This document shows positions 1 through 17,448 of a DNA stretch of 64,000 bases, in pieces. This DNA comes from the human T2T-CHM13v2.0 reference genome, Homo sapiens: the NCBI RefSeq assembly GCF_009914755.1, contig NC_060944.1. The stretch is one strand, 5' to 3'. The stretch's first letter is position 1. Each line of letters starts with the position of its first letter. The notes under the pieces are model-generated. The model was not told the DNA's origin and ran no database searches. It saw only the letters and a program-made list of their open reading frames with translations. The translations under genes and the position numbers were made by a program.

Positions 1-321
1 CGGTGGCTAACGCCTGTAATCCTAGCACTTTGGAAGGCCAAGGCGGGCAGATCACTTGAGGTCAGGAGTTGGAGACCAGCCTGGCCAACATGGCAAATCC
101 TGGTCTCTACTAAAATACAAAAGTTAGTCGGGCGTGGTGGCGTGCATCTGTAATCCCAGCTACTCAGGAGGCTAAGGCAGGAGAATCGCTTGAACCCAGG
201 AGGCAGAAGTTGCAGTGAGAATGAGAAGAGATCGTGCCATTGCACTCCAGCTTGGGCGACAGAGTGAGACTCCATCTCAAAAAAATAATAAATTAAAAAT
301 AAATAAATAAAATAAAATAAA
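1..321 (+). mobile_element. Alu (S-type)
   Basis: Alu consensus dimer with A-rich tail. Confidence 0.9.
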
Positions 322-479
322 GTTTTTATTTTAACAGTGCTAATTCTATTCATGAGGGCTCCATTTTCATGACCTAATTACCTCCCAGAGGCCCTACCTC
401 CAGATATTATCCTATTGAGGATTTAGATATCAACATATGAATTTGAGCAGGAAACAAATATTCAGTCCATAACAGTAGG

Positions 480-900
480 TGTCTCTGACATGGTGAGATG
501 AGAATGGCACTCAATGGTCTTCCTCCCCAAAACCCGTGGTGAAAAACATCAGACAAACCCAAATTCAATGGCATTCTACAGAAACTGTTGGTCAGTTCTC
601 CTCAAAACTGTCGAGGTCATCAAAAACAAGGGCAGTGTGAGAAACTGGCACAGCCCAGGGGAGCCTCAGGAGACTTGAGGACTACATTCAGTGTGGCATC
701 CTGGGTGGGACCCTGGAAAATGAAAAGGACATTAGGGAAAAAAATAATAAAATTTGGATAAAGTTATATGGTTAATAAGAATATGTCAATCATTAGTTAT
801 AATAAATGTAATATTAATATAAGAAGCCAACAGTAGAGGAACTGGGGACAGGATATATGAGAATTCTCTTTATGACCTTTACAAATTTAAAATTATTTAA
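480..900 (+). mobile_element. old L1 3' fragment (L1MC-like)
   Basis: Resembles L1MC 3' end; similar to 22900-23400. Confidence 0.5.
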
Positions 901-929
901 AAAAAAATTTTATAAAGAAATTGAAAATT

Positions 930-1217
930 ATTTTTTATTTATTTACTGAGACAAGGTCTTGCTCTGTCACCCAGGCTGGAGTACAATAGTGTGATCACAG
1001 TTCACTGCAGCTTCCACTGCCCAGGCTCAAGCAATCCTCCCACCTCAGCCTCCCGAGTAGCTAGGACCACAGGTGCTTGCCACATGCCCAGCTAGTTTTT
1101 GAGTTCTTTGTAGAGACTGGGTTTCACCATGTTGCTCAGGCTGGTCTCAAACCCCTGGGCTCAAGCAATCCACATGCCTTAGCTTCCCAAAGTGCTAGGA
1201 GCCACTGCACCTGGTCC
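930..1217 (-). mobile_element. Alu (J-type)
   Basis: Reverse-complement Alu. Confidence 0.85.
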
Positions 1218-1307
1218 GCTTTAGTATTTTAAATCTAAAACTATTAAATCCTTTACTGTAAATCTAAAACTATTCCAAAATAAAAAGCTCATTTAAATCT
1301 TTTTTTA

Positions 1308-1666
<359 letters not shown>

Positions 1667-1977
1667 TCACCAATTATCTGCAGAGGAAATCTTGGGCCAG
1701 AAAGAAAGGTCATCAGCTCAGTCCTCCCCAGTAGATGGCAATAGCAGTTAATTTGTTGGTGGCTACTTTGAACTTGGGAGCCAACAGAATCTACATAATA
1801 GGGTTTCAAACACCTTTCAGAACCGATCTTGTATCGCAGATGCAGGAAGAGAGTTTAGGTTTTCCTCTTTAGTGTGTCTTCTTTAGGAATGAAATCTTCA
1901 TTGACACATTAGTGGGTGACTGGTATTTAATGAGAGGCATCAGAATGCTGTGATTGAAGAATTTAAATTCCCCATCA

Positions 1978-2114
1978 GGGCCAGGAGCAGTGGCTCACAC
2001 CTATAATCCCAGCACTTTGGAGGCCGAGGCAGAAGGATTGCTTGAGCCCAGGAGTTCAACACCAGTCTGAGCAACACAGCAAAACCCTGACTCTTAAAAA
2101 AAAAAAAAAAAAAA
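1978..2114 (+). mobile_element. Alu monomer (FLAM-like)
   Basis: Single left arm plus poly(A). Confidence 0.8.
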
Positions 2115-3189
2115 GGCCCCATCAGGGAAACACATCCCCAGCTCAGACTCCTCACACAATAAAAATAACACCAGGGCTGGTCCCCACACTCCTCCAGCAA
2201 TGCTCCCAAAGGCTGCTGCCTGTCTTCTAATGGACTTCGCTCTGCTCCTGAACGCAGGGCTCTGTGAAGGTCCCTCAGGCTCAGTCCTGGGCCCTCTTCT
2301 CTTTTTCTGCCCTCTGGCTGTTTTTAAAAAGATGTTCTCACATTCCTAGGGGATGTCCGCCTCCAAAACTTTGAAGACTATCCCCAATTATCCTGTTTCC
2401 AGTCCAGCCTTCTCTTCTGAGATGCTGGCCTGTCCCCTAACTGCAGGCTTGATGTCCCCTTCAGACTAACTGGATTTAGGGAGCTGCACCCAGTTGGTGT
2501 GCCAGGGGAAAGGTAGAGGCATCCTGGGGATTTCTCCTGGAGTCTGGTGCGTAAATTCCCCCACAGCGCATCCAGCTGGGCCTGCATCTCCCAGCCCGCA
2601 GAGGAACGCTGGTAGTAAAACACAGCAGAACAGATGGCTGCTTTATGGGCCAGAAGAAAACGATTTCCCACTTGAGGCCACTAAAGAATCCAGGGCTCAA
2701 TTCTCTACTTTCCCTTAGAGAAGGCTTTCCTCCCATCTCAAGTGATCTCATGGGGCCATTAGTACAGACGGAGCGGAGAAATCCCAGGGCCAGGTGGGCT
2801 GTTTTTAAAATAATGTTCTCACCATCCCACCTTGGAACGGAGGGTTCGGCCCAGAGCTATCACCTGCATCCTCCAGATCCCATCAAGCCCGGCTTTCAGT
2901 CCCACCCTTCCACCCCACAGCTAGCTTTCTAGGACCTGCAGTTCAATCAAAAGTAGCTCTCACCCCGGAGGTGGAGGTTGCAGTGCACCGAGATCACACC
3001 ATTGCATTCCAGCCTGAGCGACAGAGCAAGACTCCATCTCAAAAAAAAAAAAAGTAGTTCTCTAAGAACTGCCCCTGCGCACTGCCACATTAAGAGTCAA
3101 TATCAAATGGCTGAAATGAAAAACACAGATAAAATCAAAGTGTTGGCAAGAACATGGAATAAATGGAAAGCGTGTGCCCCGTTGGTGGG

Positions 3190-3540
3190 AGTGTATCCTC
3201 ATTAGTTTGGGCTGCTATAACAAATTACCATAGACTAGGTGGCTTAAACAACCAACATTTATTTCTGATAGATCTAGAGGCTGGGAAGCTCAAGATCAAG
3301 GTGCTGGCAGATCGGGTGTCTGGTAAAGAACATCTTCCTGATTTGCAGATGACCATCTTCTCATGGTATCTTTACATGTCAGAGAGCAGAGAGAAAGGAA
3401 GCAAGTTCTCTTGTATCTCTTCTTATAAGGGTACTAATCCCATCACGAGGGCCCCATCCTCATGACCTCATTACCTTCCAAAGGACACATCTCCAAATAC
3501 CATCACATAGGGAGTTAGGGTTTCCACATATGAATTTTGG
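3190..3540. mobile_element. MaLR LTR (MLT1-type)
   Basis: GGGCTGCTATAACAAATTACCATAGACTAGGTGGCTTAAAC... motif. Confidence 0.75.
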
Positions 3541-3789
3541 CTACAGTCTCAGCTACTCTGGAGGCCAAGGCAGGAGGATCATTTGAGCCCAAGTGTTCAA
3601 GTCCAACCTTGGCAACATAGTGAGATCTTATCTCTTAAAAAAAAAAACCACTGCATAATATTCCACTGGATGACTATTTCCCAGTTTGTTCAACTATCCC
3701 CCATTGATAGACATCCAGTTCTTCACCACTATAAACATATGAATTGAAACATAAACACTTAGTCCACAGAATATTTGTAATTTGCATAG

Positions 3790-4900
3790 TAGAGTGCAAA
3801 GTGGTACAACCATTGGAGGACTGTTTGGCAGGATGTATCCGCTAAAGTTGAACATGCATGATGAGCCCCATGACCCAGGAACTCCACTTTTCAGTATGTA
3901 CTCAACAGAAATGCCTACATCTATTTAAAAAAAGATGCATACAGGTATGTCCATAAAGCAGTTTTCGTAATAGCCCCCAGGTGGAAATAACCCAAACATT
4001 CAGCAACAGTAGATGGATAAATGGTGGCACATTCACACAATGGAATATTAAACAGCAATGAGCATGAATGAACTACAACCACATGCCACCACATGGGTGA
4101 CCCCTGCAAACAGGATGCTAAGTGAAAGATGCCTGGCATGATTTCATTGATACAAAATTCAAAAGAAGGCAAACCTAACGTATAGAAGCAAAAGTTAGAC
4201 AAGTGGTCAGACTTCAAGGTGGGGTGGGGGATAGTAACTAGAAAAGGATATGAGGAAGCTTCTGGGGTTTTGGTGATGTTCTGCTTCTTGATCCACGTAC
4301 TGGTTACATTGGTGAGCTCACTTTGAGAACATCTGTCTCTCCATATACTTGTCTGTGTATATGTTATACTTCAAAATAAAAGTATCTATCTGAAGGGTAT
4401 GTCTGTATTTATGAGACTCCTTATAGTGTCTTTGCTCACGATAAACAAAGCACCATTTTTCAGATTTTTTTCATCCATATATATGAAGATATACATTGTG
4501 TACAGCTGCTTATTATGGCATTGCTTGTAATAGCAAAATAATAACAAAACAAAAATGAAAGAAACCTGTATGGTCCTTAATAGGATACTGGTAGTTATAT
4601 TATGGTATATAGCCATGCAAAGGAATACTATGCAGCCATTAAAAAGAATGAAAGAATGAGGCCCATCTATGTGTGCAGACATAGAAGAATGTGAAGAATT
4701 ATTAGGTGGAAATAGTAGACTGCAGAACAGTAGGTACAGTATTATCTTCTTTCATGCATGCATGCTTATATGTGTACAGGAAATTGCTAAGAGGTTACCT
4801 AAGATAGTGAAACAGAAGTTACCTCTGGAGAATGGAAATGAAGCATTGGTAAGGCTGCAAAATTTTTACTTTCCTTTTTGTGCCATTGTACATTATTTGT
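3790..4900 (+). mobile_element. old L1M 3' fragments
   Basis: Degenerate L1 ORF2-end/3'UTR motifs (CACAATGGAATATT, GGAATACTATGCAGCCATTAAAAAG). Confidence 0.6.
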
Positions 4901-5114
4901 ATATTTTTAAGCAAGCAAATACTACTCCTTAAAAGTAAATTATCTGGCCAAATGCAGTGGCTCACACCTAGCATTTTGGGAGGCCAGGATGGGATGATTG
5001 CTTGAGGCCAGGAGTTTGAGACCATCCTGGGTGGCATAGGGGGACCCCGTCTCTACAAAAAAATAAAATAAAATTTAATTTAATTTAATTTAATTTAAAA
5101 ATGAATTTTTAAAT

Positions 5115-5583
5115 GTATTAATTTCCTATTGCTGCTGTAACAAATTAGCCACAAACTGCGTAACTTTAAACAACATGAACTTATTATCTTTTAGTTTTGG
5201 AGGTCAAGAGGGCTGCATTCCTTCAGGAAGCTCTGGGGGAGAATCTGTTCCCTTCTTTGTTCAGCTGCTAGAGGCTGCTTACATTCGTTGGCCTGCAGCC
5301 ACTTCCCCCATCTTCAAAACCAGCAGCAGAGCATCTTCTCTCCTCTCTGACCTCTACTTCTGGCCTTACATCTTCTTTAACTCTGATCCTTCTGTTTTTC
5401 TCTCATAAGGACCCTTGTGATTGCACTGAGCCCACCCAAATAATGCACGATAATCTCCCCATCTCAAAATCCTTAACTTAATCACACCTGCAAAGTCCGT
5501 TCACCACGCGAGGTAACATACTCATAGGTTCAGGGAATTAGGACATGGACATCTTTGGTGAGCCCATTGTTCAACCTGCCACA
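5115..5583. mobile_element. MaLR LTR (MLT1-type)
   Basis: TTGCTGCTGTAACAAAT...GGACATCTTTGG...CCACA. Confidence 0.7.
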
Positions 5584-6172
5584 AATGTATATCAAAGCAA
5601 TTAAGGCACACATTTTAAAAAATCAAATGTGCAAAAGGGCTTATCATAAGAAGCAGTGGTCTCAGAGGTACCACATTTAATTCCTGAAATGTTTCTGGTT
5701 TTAGTTCCTTTGATGGCTAGCTCAAGATCTCAAATAACGTTCCTACATCATTTTTTAAATTTACCAATTTTCTAAAAATTTGCTGAGTACATGAGGACTT
5801 AGCTTGTCACCCCATTTTCCTTTCCTCTCTCAAAATACTATGTAACATAATATTTTTTGTTTCTCTATTGGTGTGTTTGTAATTTTAGATAATACATTCA
5901 CACATATTTCGTGCTCTATCAACTATACCTATATGACTTCCCTTTACTCACTGTGTGACCTTGGTGGGTCTCTCTGAGCCCAAGTTTCCACATCTAAAAA
6001 AGTCACAAATGTGCAGTAGTCTCACTAGCTGGCTGTCCACCGAACCATTTCTCTTTCCACCTGGACACATGGTTGAACTACATTTCCCAGCACCCCTTGC
6101 AATTAATTGTGGCCCATGTGACTGAGTTCTGACAAATCCATAAACACCACCTGTATGATCCCCCACTACATC

Positions 6173-6176
6173 TTTC

Positions 6177-6224
<48 letters not shown>

Positions 6225-6240
6225 AATCTCTCTCTCTCTC
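6173..6240. repeat. (CT)n/(CTCTGT)n microsatellite
   Basis: Direct observation. Confidence 0.9.
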
Positions 6241-7542
6241 GTCCCCCCTCAGCCAGCTGGATGTCGATATATTGACACCCAAGGTGACTTGGGATAAATG
6301 TGTTGAAGATGGCAGAGCCTCCAGCAGCAGTCTAGGTCCCTGAATGATTGTATGGAGCAGAGCTTCTCCCATCCCCAACTGTGGCATGTGGGCTTTGCAA
6401 AAGCAGAAATAAACCTGTCAGTCACTGAGATTTGGGGATTTAAACATTAAACACGAGCTAGTGTTGGTTTTAATTGGTACAGAAAGTATAGCAACCCATG
6501 AGACTACTGAATTACTTAAACGTATGTAAGTATATTAAGGTTTGTAAGTTGCTTAATCAGTAAATGCTTAACAAATGGAAACTATTATTATTAGTAACAC
6601 ATTCCTTGGACGTCAGGGTTCTCCCCTGCTTCCCCTCCCAGAGACTTTCTAGTTTGCCCTGTTCAGTTAACTCTTCCTTTCCCTCAGCAAGAAAATACGT
6701 GCCTATCTAACACCATAAATAATCAAATAATCTCTCCTTGTTCAGAACTCAGCTCCACAATTCAATTGGCAACCGATCATGTGGTATTTTCAACTGCTAT
6801 TTAAATATTTTGCTATCTAATTTCTCCTAGTTTTATGTCTAACCTCCCTAAGTAGATTATAATTGCCTTGAGGGCAGGAAACAGATATTACATGTCTTTG
6901 TATCACCCACGGCTCAATGCAGTACTGAGTCAGGCACTTAATACGTATCTGGTGATTTGATTTGAAGTCTCTTGTCACTTAACCTAGTGATCCAATCTTT
7001 TCCCAAGTTATGGGCTGCCCTAGGCTTTTATCATATAGCTCCTTCAATTTATAGCCAGCTGTTAATTATCTCCAGATCTTGCCACTGCGCTTCTGTGCAT
7101 GCTCAGCTGTCCCCACCTTTCACTTTAATTTCTCCTGTTCAGATCCCAGAGCCGCCCGCAAAGGATATCTCACCCTGTTCTCACTGATGATGGTTCTAAG
7201 CTGCCCACTGGGGCTTTGAAAGGTACTTGGAAGGTAAATGAGCCACAGAATGTTAACCCAGGAGGGCGGAAACCCAGGGCAGCAGGAAGTAAGAGAGGAC
7301 CTTGAGGGTCTCCATTTTGCAGGGTGCTCAAGGGCCAAAGGGAAGGGAGGCCCTGGCAGGTTGAGGTGACCTTTACACTTTAACACTTTGGTGAGTTTCC
7401 TTAACACCTTCCCATTTCTGAAGAGCCTGGACGTGGTTGAGGTCTTGCAGAGAACGAGTAGAGAGTGCGGTGGTTTCAACTGAAATAGTCCCTGTCAATC
7501 TAACAGTCCAATATTTGTAGTTACTTCTCACTATGGATTCAG

Positions 7543-8612
<1,070 letters not shown>

Positions 8613-9360
8613 CTTACTTTCCCTTATCCATGCTTCCCTTCCCATATCCATAAAGGGGCACCTAAAGTCAACCTCTCAAGAGTGGGAGGGTTTTTAGCTG
8701 AAATAAAGATTTAAGTTAGCCATGCAAAAGTCAGCTTCTCACTGAGTTTCCAAAATAACTGCAGCTGTTCCAACTATTCTTCTGAGAGGAAAACCTTTAG
8801 AAATGTTCCCTGGGAGATGGGCTCCCAGGTTGCCAAGCCCTTTTCTGGAGGGAATGTTCCAGACTCAGCTCCCTTGGGACTTTCCCTGCTGTCTGTACGA
8901 GTCTCAGACGTGCTGAAGCAGAGAATCAGATGGTAGTGGCTGCTGATGTTTGGTGCCCAATGGTCTGGATAAATTCTTTTTGTTTCCATTAGAACATTCA
9001 GTTTCCCCAATCTATGTGCTCTTGGGAGGTGGAGAGAGAAAATCCACTCATTCCACAAATATTTATTGAGCCAGCACTGTATGCCAAGTGCTGTCATTGT
9101 GCTTGGGATTTATCAGTAAACAAAACAGATCCAGAAAATTCCCACCTTTATAAACATTACATTCTAGGATGGGAAGAGACAGGCAATAATAAATGAGAAC
9201 AAAAGTTAATTAGATAGTAGGTTAAGAGATGATAATGGTTATGGGAGAAAATAGAACAGAGTTATAATCCAATCTTTATCCATTTTGTTACTCAAATTAT
9301 CCCAGCTTTAGTCGTTAGAAATGACTTCAGGATGGCCCCTACATCCTTTGGCTATGTCCC

Positions 9361-9737
9361 TGTATTTGCCTGTTTTCATACTGCTATAAAGAACTGCCCA
9401 AGACTGGGTAATTTATAAAGGAAAGAGGTTTAATTGACTCACAGTTTGGCATGGCTGGGGAAGCCTCAGGAAACTTACAATTATGGTAGAAGGCAAGGAG
9501 GAAGCAAGGCACCTCCTCCCAAGGCGGCAGGAAGGAGAAGTGCTGCGCAAAGGGGGAAGAGCCCCTTATAAAACCATCAGATCTTGTGAGAACTCACTCA
9601 CTATCATGAAAACAGCATGGGGGAACTGCTCCCATGATTCAATTACCTCCACCTGGTCTTTCCCTTGACACATGGGGATTATGGGGATTACAATTCAAGA
9701 TGAGATTTGAATGGGAACACAAAGGCTAACCATACTA
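9361..9737. mobile_element. MST/THE1-type MaLR solo LTR
   Basis: CTGCTATAAAGAACTGCCCAAGACTGGGTAATTTATAAAGGAAAGAGG consensus. Confidence 0.85.
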
Positions 9738-9739
9738 GG

Positions 9740-12060
9740 CCCCATTATTTTCTGAGCACTTCCTCACTCTAGCACAACAGTATGTGTGCCAGGTTCATCT
9801 TTTACTTCCCCTGCTAAAGACTTGCAATCTCCAAGGAACTCTAGTTCCTTTTATTGAAAAATGGTATTTGGAAACCAAGATTTGGGTGCTAGATGTCTAG
9901 ATGTGCTCACTGCTACTGGGATGCCATTGCCTCTAGGGCTTCTGAGAGGACAAAACTAGAAACTTTACATAGGACAATTACTAACAAGCATACACATAAA
10001 GCCATATTTATTTCTATATTTATGCATCTGTATAATTGTTCAAAACCATGGGTTCATACTGATATTTCTGATTCTCATCCAACACCACACAGGATTCATT
10101 CTAGCTCCTTCCTTATTTCTAACTTTTTTTCCAACAGTGAGAACCCTGGCTCTAATTATCCATAATCTGCTTTCCTTTTTGTTCAATCCAAATAGACACA
10201 TATTGACTAAACAGAGCACAATATTTGTATGCAATTCTTTTTATCTTTGACCTTACAATATACAGTAAAAATGCTGTCTTCCAGAGTTGCTTAGTTCTTT
10301 TATTCCCCACATCCTTCAGTGGGATTATCTCAGTCATTTGTAACACAGGTTCATTTGCTATAGCTTATATGCCATTTGGGGTTTCTCCCACATATCCTGG
10401 TTGGTTTTGATGATTTATTTGTTTACTGGGCATGTGAAACATTACTATGGTTCTGACAGTCAAGGCTATACAAAAAGGTGTACTCGCCAGCATTTGGCAT
10501 TACATTTTTTTTTTTATTTTAGCCATCCTAATAGGAGAATAATGGTATCTCATTGTGGCTTTAATCTACATTATCCTAAGAGCTAATGATGTTGAGCATC
10601 TTTGGTGAGTTACCTAATCAAGTCTTTTACAGATTTTCTCATTGGATTATTTATTATCTTAAGGTTGAGTCTAAAGAGGTTATGTGTGTATGTGTACATA
10701 TACATATATATATATTCTAGATACAAGTCTTTTGTCAGATACATTAATTGGCACGTTTTCTCCCAGTTTGTGGCCTGCCATTTCATTCTCTTAACAAGGC
10801 TGTTCACAGATTACAAGTTTTTAATTTTGATGAAGTCCAACTTATTATTTTTCTTTCATGGCTTGTGCTTTTGGTGTAATATCTAAGAAATCTTTACCAA
10901 GACCTAGGTTTTCTTTTGTGTTTTCTTCTAAAAGTTTTATAGTTTTGCATTTTATATTTAGATCTATGATTCATTTTGAGTTAATTTTTGCATACAGTGT
11001 ACAGTTTGGGTGAAGGTTTATTTTTTGGCCTGTGGATGTCCAATTATGCCACCAATATTTTGGGGGAGCACTATTCTTTCTCCATGGAGTTGCTTTTGAA
11101 ACTTTTTCAAGAATCAGTTGCCCATACTTGCCTGGATCTATTTCTGGACTCTCTACTCTGTTCCCTGGGTCTGTGAGTCTGTTCCTCCAATACCACTGTC
11201 TTCATTGCTGTTGTTATTACACAGTAAGTCTTAAAAACAGGTAGTGTGATTTCTCCAACTTTATTCTTCATTTCCAAAATTCTTTTAACATTTCTAGCTC
11301 TTTTCCCTTTAAGAGTACACTTTAGAATCAGCTCATCTATATTTACAAAAACTCCTGCTGGAACTTTGATCGGAATTATATTAAACATATAAATAAATTT
11401 GGAGAGGACTGTCATCTTTGCTGTGTTGAGTCATCCAATCTGTGAATGCAGGTTGTCTCTCCTTTTATCTGGGTCTTTGATTTCATAGCACTTCATAGTT
11501 TTCAGCACACAGATGCTGTACATGTTTTGTTAAATTTATACCTAAGTACTGCACCTTTTGGAGCTGTTATAAATGGCACTGCATTATTAATTTCAGTTTG
11601 CAATTGTTCATTGCTAATTTACAGAAATATGACTGATTTTTCCATGTCAACCTCTCACTGTCTGACTATAATTTGTTATTCTCTTACTATACTACTGGAT
11701 TCCATTTATTAATCTTTTATAGAAAAGTTTTGTTTCAATATTCATAGATGAAATTAGCCTGTGAATTTCTTTCTGCTATCTTGTCAGGTTTGGATATTTG
11801 TAGCTTCATAAAAATAACTAGGCAGTTTATCTTGTTTCTCTCTATGCTCTGGAACTTTGATGAGCTTTGGAATTACCTTACTGAAAGAAACTATGAAGTC
11901 CTCTTGGATGACTTCCTCAACTAATTCCATAGTTATCAATCTGTTCAGGTTTTCTGTTTCTTCTTGAGTCAGTTTTTGGTAATTTGTATTATTTAAGCTT
12001 ACTTCGGTTTTAAATCAAGTTACATTTCAAGGAGACTAACATTGAATTGTGTTAAATATG
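9740..12060 (-). mobile_element. degenerate L1M fragments
   Basis: T-rich antisense L1; ORF 11107-11415 translates to an L1 ORF2-like peptide (IPIKVPAGVF..LILK..ITLPVFKTY). Confidence 0.75.
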
Positions 12061-12997
12061 TTTTTATAATTTTTTTCTCCCTTTTATCTTTATACTGTAT
12101 AATATCATGCAACAGTTAAAAAGAAAAAGTGAATCTATATATGCTGACACGGAAAGATCCACAAGACATAATTTTTAAAAGCACGTTTCAGAAAAACAGA
12201 GAATCAATTTTTTAACAGAAAATCTTATTTTGAAATTAGAACTCTGATTTTCATATACAAAATTGACGTAAAGGGGTCTGAAAAGATACCCACGAATAAC
12301 TACTTGATAGCAGTATCATCTTTAGACTGAAGCCAGAAGGATCCCTGCCTTGGGCTTTGATTTTGGAGGAACCCACTCAAGTTCCCTCCAGATGCACCGT
12401 ATCCCACAGGGAATATGCCAGAGGGACATGCCCGTCTACAGCCACCACCCTCCTCCCAGAACAGGCCTCATGTGCCTGGAACCCTAGAATTCCTTTCCAG
12501 GGCCTGTGAGGGGCTCACCTCATTATGTCCTCTTGGGAATGGAGTGCACCACTGTCGTGACCACTGCTAGGCCCAACCGGTAACTAATGGGTGGCTGTTT
12601 GAGGAGGGTGTGGAGGAATTTGAATGTGCAGGTTGGAGTCTCCATACACATGTGCATAAGGAGGCCATCATGGTGTAGACAGAGCTGGGCGTGGGAAGGA
12701 AAGGGAGGCCTTATTGCCACATCCTGGCAAGGAACTGGGGAAAAGTCCAGACAGTCTAAATCCAAATCTGGCTCTCCAGCTCATTATGAAGGTATATTTG
12801 TCCAGATAGGAGGATAGAACATTTTTATTCAACTATTTGTTAGCTGGGTTTTCAGAAACTATCTAGACATATATAGGAATTACATTAAACCTACCCACCC
12901 TCAGTTTGACTGCCCCACCAATGTCACAAGCACGTCTTCTTTATCACGTTACTTCTGGGGAGAGGTTGGGACTTGAGGGCAAACAGGAGAAAAGGGG

Positions 12998-13624
<627 letters not shown>

Positions 13625-13808
13625 AGGACTTCAGCTTTTTGCTTTATTATTTCTTATTTGACTTTTGTTTCTTAGGCACATATATCCATGCATTATTAAT
13701 GTAATTAAGAAATAACATTTGTAGGAGTAGGTATGAAAACGAAATACATGTTAAAATGTTCTCCTCATGCTTATTTTTCTATTCTCATTTCTAATTGTGC
13801 CTTCTACG

Positions 13809-13810
<2 letters not shown>

Positions 13811-13839
<29 letters not shown>
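13811..13839. repeat. (TG)n microsatellite
   Basis: Direct observation. Confidence 0.95.
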
Positions 13840-14113
13840 CTTGATTAGGCTAGATAGTGGCCTATCTGTTCCACTATGTGGTTTTTTTCCACTATGGGTC
13901 AGCTCTTCAATTGATCAATTCTACTTTTATTTTGTTTTCTGATTCATTAACTTCTGCATGCCTTCATTCTGTTCTTCTTTTCTTAGATTTATTTTATTGC
14001 TCATTTTGTATCTTTCTCGGTTGAATGCTTGATTCATTTATCTTTTTCTTTTTCTTTTCAGAAATACATGTTTAACTGATGAATTTTTCCCAGGACTTTT
14101 TCCTCCCCCTTCA

Positions 14114-14465
<352 letters not shown>

Positions 14466-14937
14466 ATAGAAATAATTGTCTATGATAATTAAAAACAGGA
14501 TTTTTATTTATTTATTTATTTTTCATTTTCCCTTTAGGCGTATTTAATATTTTCCCCCCAGGCCGATCATTCTCAATGTACGAACATGTGTGCACATGTT
14601 ACTAAGACAATTACCATGTTAATGAAATATTCAATTTGAAAAAGAAAAGGAAATTAAGTGTTTAATACTGAATTTTCCTTTCAATATGATTTTAGCTCTA
14701 TCTCATCACTTGACACATATTGTTTTCCTTTTTTTCCTCAATCTGGCTCGAAATGGCAATTTCGACTTACTCTTGTTCTCAAATGGAGTTGAAGAGGGGG
14801 TTTTAAATTTTTCATGTGGTTGGGTTTTTGTCTCATTTCTACTTTTGTTTTAATTTCTGGTTTTATTGCTTGGTGGTCAGAGGCCTCTACTATTTCTATT
14901 ATAGGGAAAGCTACTAATATTTTCTTTATAACCATAG

Positions 14938-15318
14938 TGTATTTGTCCATTTTCACACTGCTATAAAGAAATAGCCGAGACTGGGTAATTTATAAAGGAA
15001 AGAGGTTTCATTGACTCACAGTTCTGCATGGCTGGGGAGGCCTTAGGAAACATACAATCATGGCAGAAGGCGAAGGGGAAGCAAGCTTGGACCTTCTCAC
15101 ATGGTGGCAGGAGAGAGAAGAGTGAGGAGTGAGGGGGGAAGAATCCCTTATAAAACCATCAGATCTTGTGAGAACTCACTATCATGAGAACAGCATGGGG
15201 AAAACCGCCCTCATGATCCAATCACCTCCCACCAGCTCTCTCCCTAGACAGATGGGGATTATGGGGATTACAATTCAAGATGAGATTTGGGTGGGGACAC
15301 AAAACCTAACCATTTCCA
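14938..15318. mobile_element. MST-type MaLR solo LTR
   Basis: Same consensus as 9361-9737. Confidence 0.85.
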
Positions 15319-15373
15319 CAGTCAAATTTTATCAATGCTTTCATGGGTGTTTCAATAGAAGGTGTATTTTCTC

Positions 15374-15677
15374 TTTTTTTTTTTTTTTTTTTTTTGGAGA
15401 TGGAGTCTCACTGTCACCCAGGTTGAAGTGTAGTGGTGTGATCTCGGCTCACCACAATCTCCACCTCCTGGGTTCAAGCAATTCTCCTGCCTCAGCCTCC
15501 TGAGTAGTTGGGATTACAGGCGTGTGCCACCACATCCAGCTAATTTTTGTATTTTTAGTAGAGATGGGGTTTCACCATGTTGGCCAGGCTGGGCTCGAAC
15601 TCCTGACCTCAAGTGATCCACCCACCTAGGCCTCCCAAAGTGCTGGGATTACAGGCATGAGCCACCACACCCAACCC
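15374..15677 (-). mobile_element. Alu (S-type)
   Basis: Reverse Alu with poly(T). Confidence 0.9.
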
Positions 15678-17135
15678 AGAGGTATATTTTCTGATTGCGG
15701 GATACACAATGCAATATTATCTCTTACATCAATCTGATGAGTTATTTGATTCAGATCCTCCGTATTACTGTGTGACCTGTGGCTTATGCTAAAACTTTGG
15801 GCCACCCTTTATCCAATGTGGTTCAGTCCATTTACCTCTGCTCAGCCGGCCTTGTGCAAAGGTGACGTCAGTGTGTGGTCCCATCTCTCCTCTCTCTACC
15901 TTACCCTCAGGCTGTTGGTTTGGGTTAGCAGCCTAGCTCAGACAACATAAGGGCTGCAAGATCACTGGATCCTCTTGACAGCCCAGGTTCCCGCCATGCT
16001 GGGGCTTGAAGACAAGCTCAGGGAGTGACCTTCTCTGATTCTCCAAGCCCACCTCTGCCCTAAGTTATCATATTTCTGGTAAAGGTGTGGGCCAGACCCT
16101 TCAGGACTCTGCCACTTACTTTTCAGGATCCTGTGTCCACTGAGATCTGGGGGATAAGTAGGGGCAGTTGAGATCTTCCTTAAGTTTTTCTCAAGTATCT
16201 ATCTCTGAGTCTGCAAAGGTACGCTTGCCAATTTGCTCAGATCTGCCACATTCATTATAGATGGCATGCTCTTCCATAATTTGCTCTGCTATTTTGTTGT
16301 TGTTGTTGTTGCTGCTGCTGCTACCTGCAACAAAACAGGGTGGGGTGGGGTCTCACTCTGCCATCTTTTGCTCCTCATATTTATCTCTGCCAATTGCTTC
16401 TGACTGTTGCCACAGTCTACGAAAGCTGACAGCTGGATTCTCACCAAATTGAGAGACTGTGTGTTGAATCGTCTGATTCAAAATAAATGCCATTCATTCT
16501 GTGTATAGCTGGAGCACCTCAAAGGTCACTGAAACTGGAGTTCAGCAGGAGGCCTGTGTGCCTGCTGGTGACGACAGACTAGGCATGCGTGTTAAGATGC
16601 GGTGGAGAAAGAACACGGTGGCTTCACATCATAAGTCAGAAGAATAGAGATGCTCCCAATTGTGTCTCACACGGGCGATTCTGCATGGCCTCCAAGTGAG
16701 CAGCAGCCAGGCTTTACTGGCTTAATGATGTTCTTTTTCACTTCCTCTGCAACATCAGGGAGTTTATGGAGTTGTATATATATACAGTGTTCTCACTGGT
16801 CATGGCAGCTCATGCCTGTAGTCCCAGCACTTTGGGAGGCTGAGGTGGTGGATCACTTGAGCCCAGAAGTCCAGGAACAGCCTGGGCAACACAGTGAGAA
16901 CCCATCTCTACAAAATAATTTTAAAATTTTTTAACTTAAAAAATTTAAAAATTAAACATAGTATTTTCAAAATTTCCTTGTTTTTCCTTTAATGTTTTAC
17001 GTTTCACTTTCTCCTTTCCATTTTGTTCTTTTTATTCTGTCTCCGGATCGTGTAACAAATTTGTAAGCACCAGTATTTCTAATGTCCAGGAGGTACTTTT
17101 ATGATTCCACTTTCCCTTGAACAAGACCTTATTAG

Positions 17136-17448
<313 letters not shown>

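Noticed and set aside
11107-11415. L1 ORF2-like peptide
   Set aside because: Short degenerate L1 relic, not a gene.
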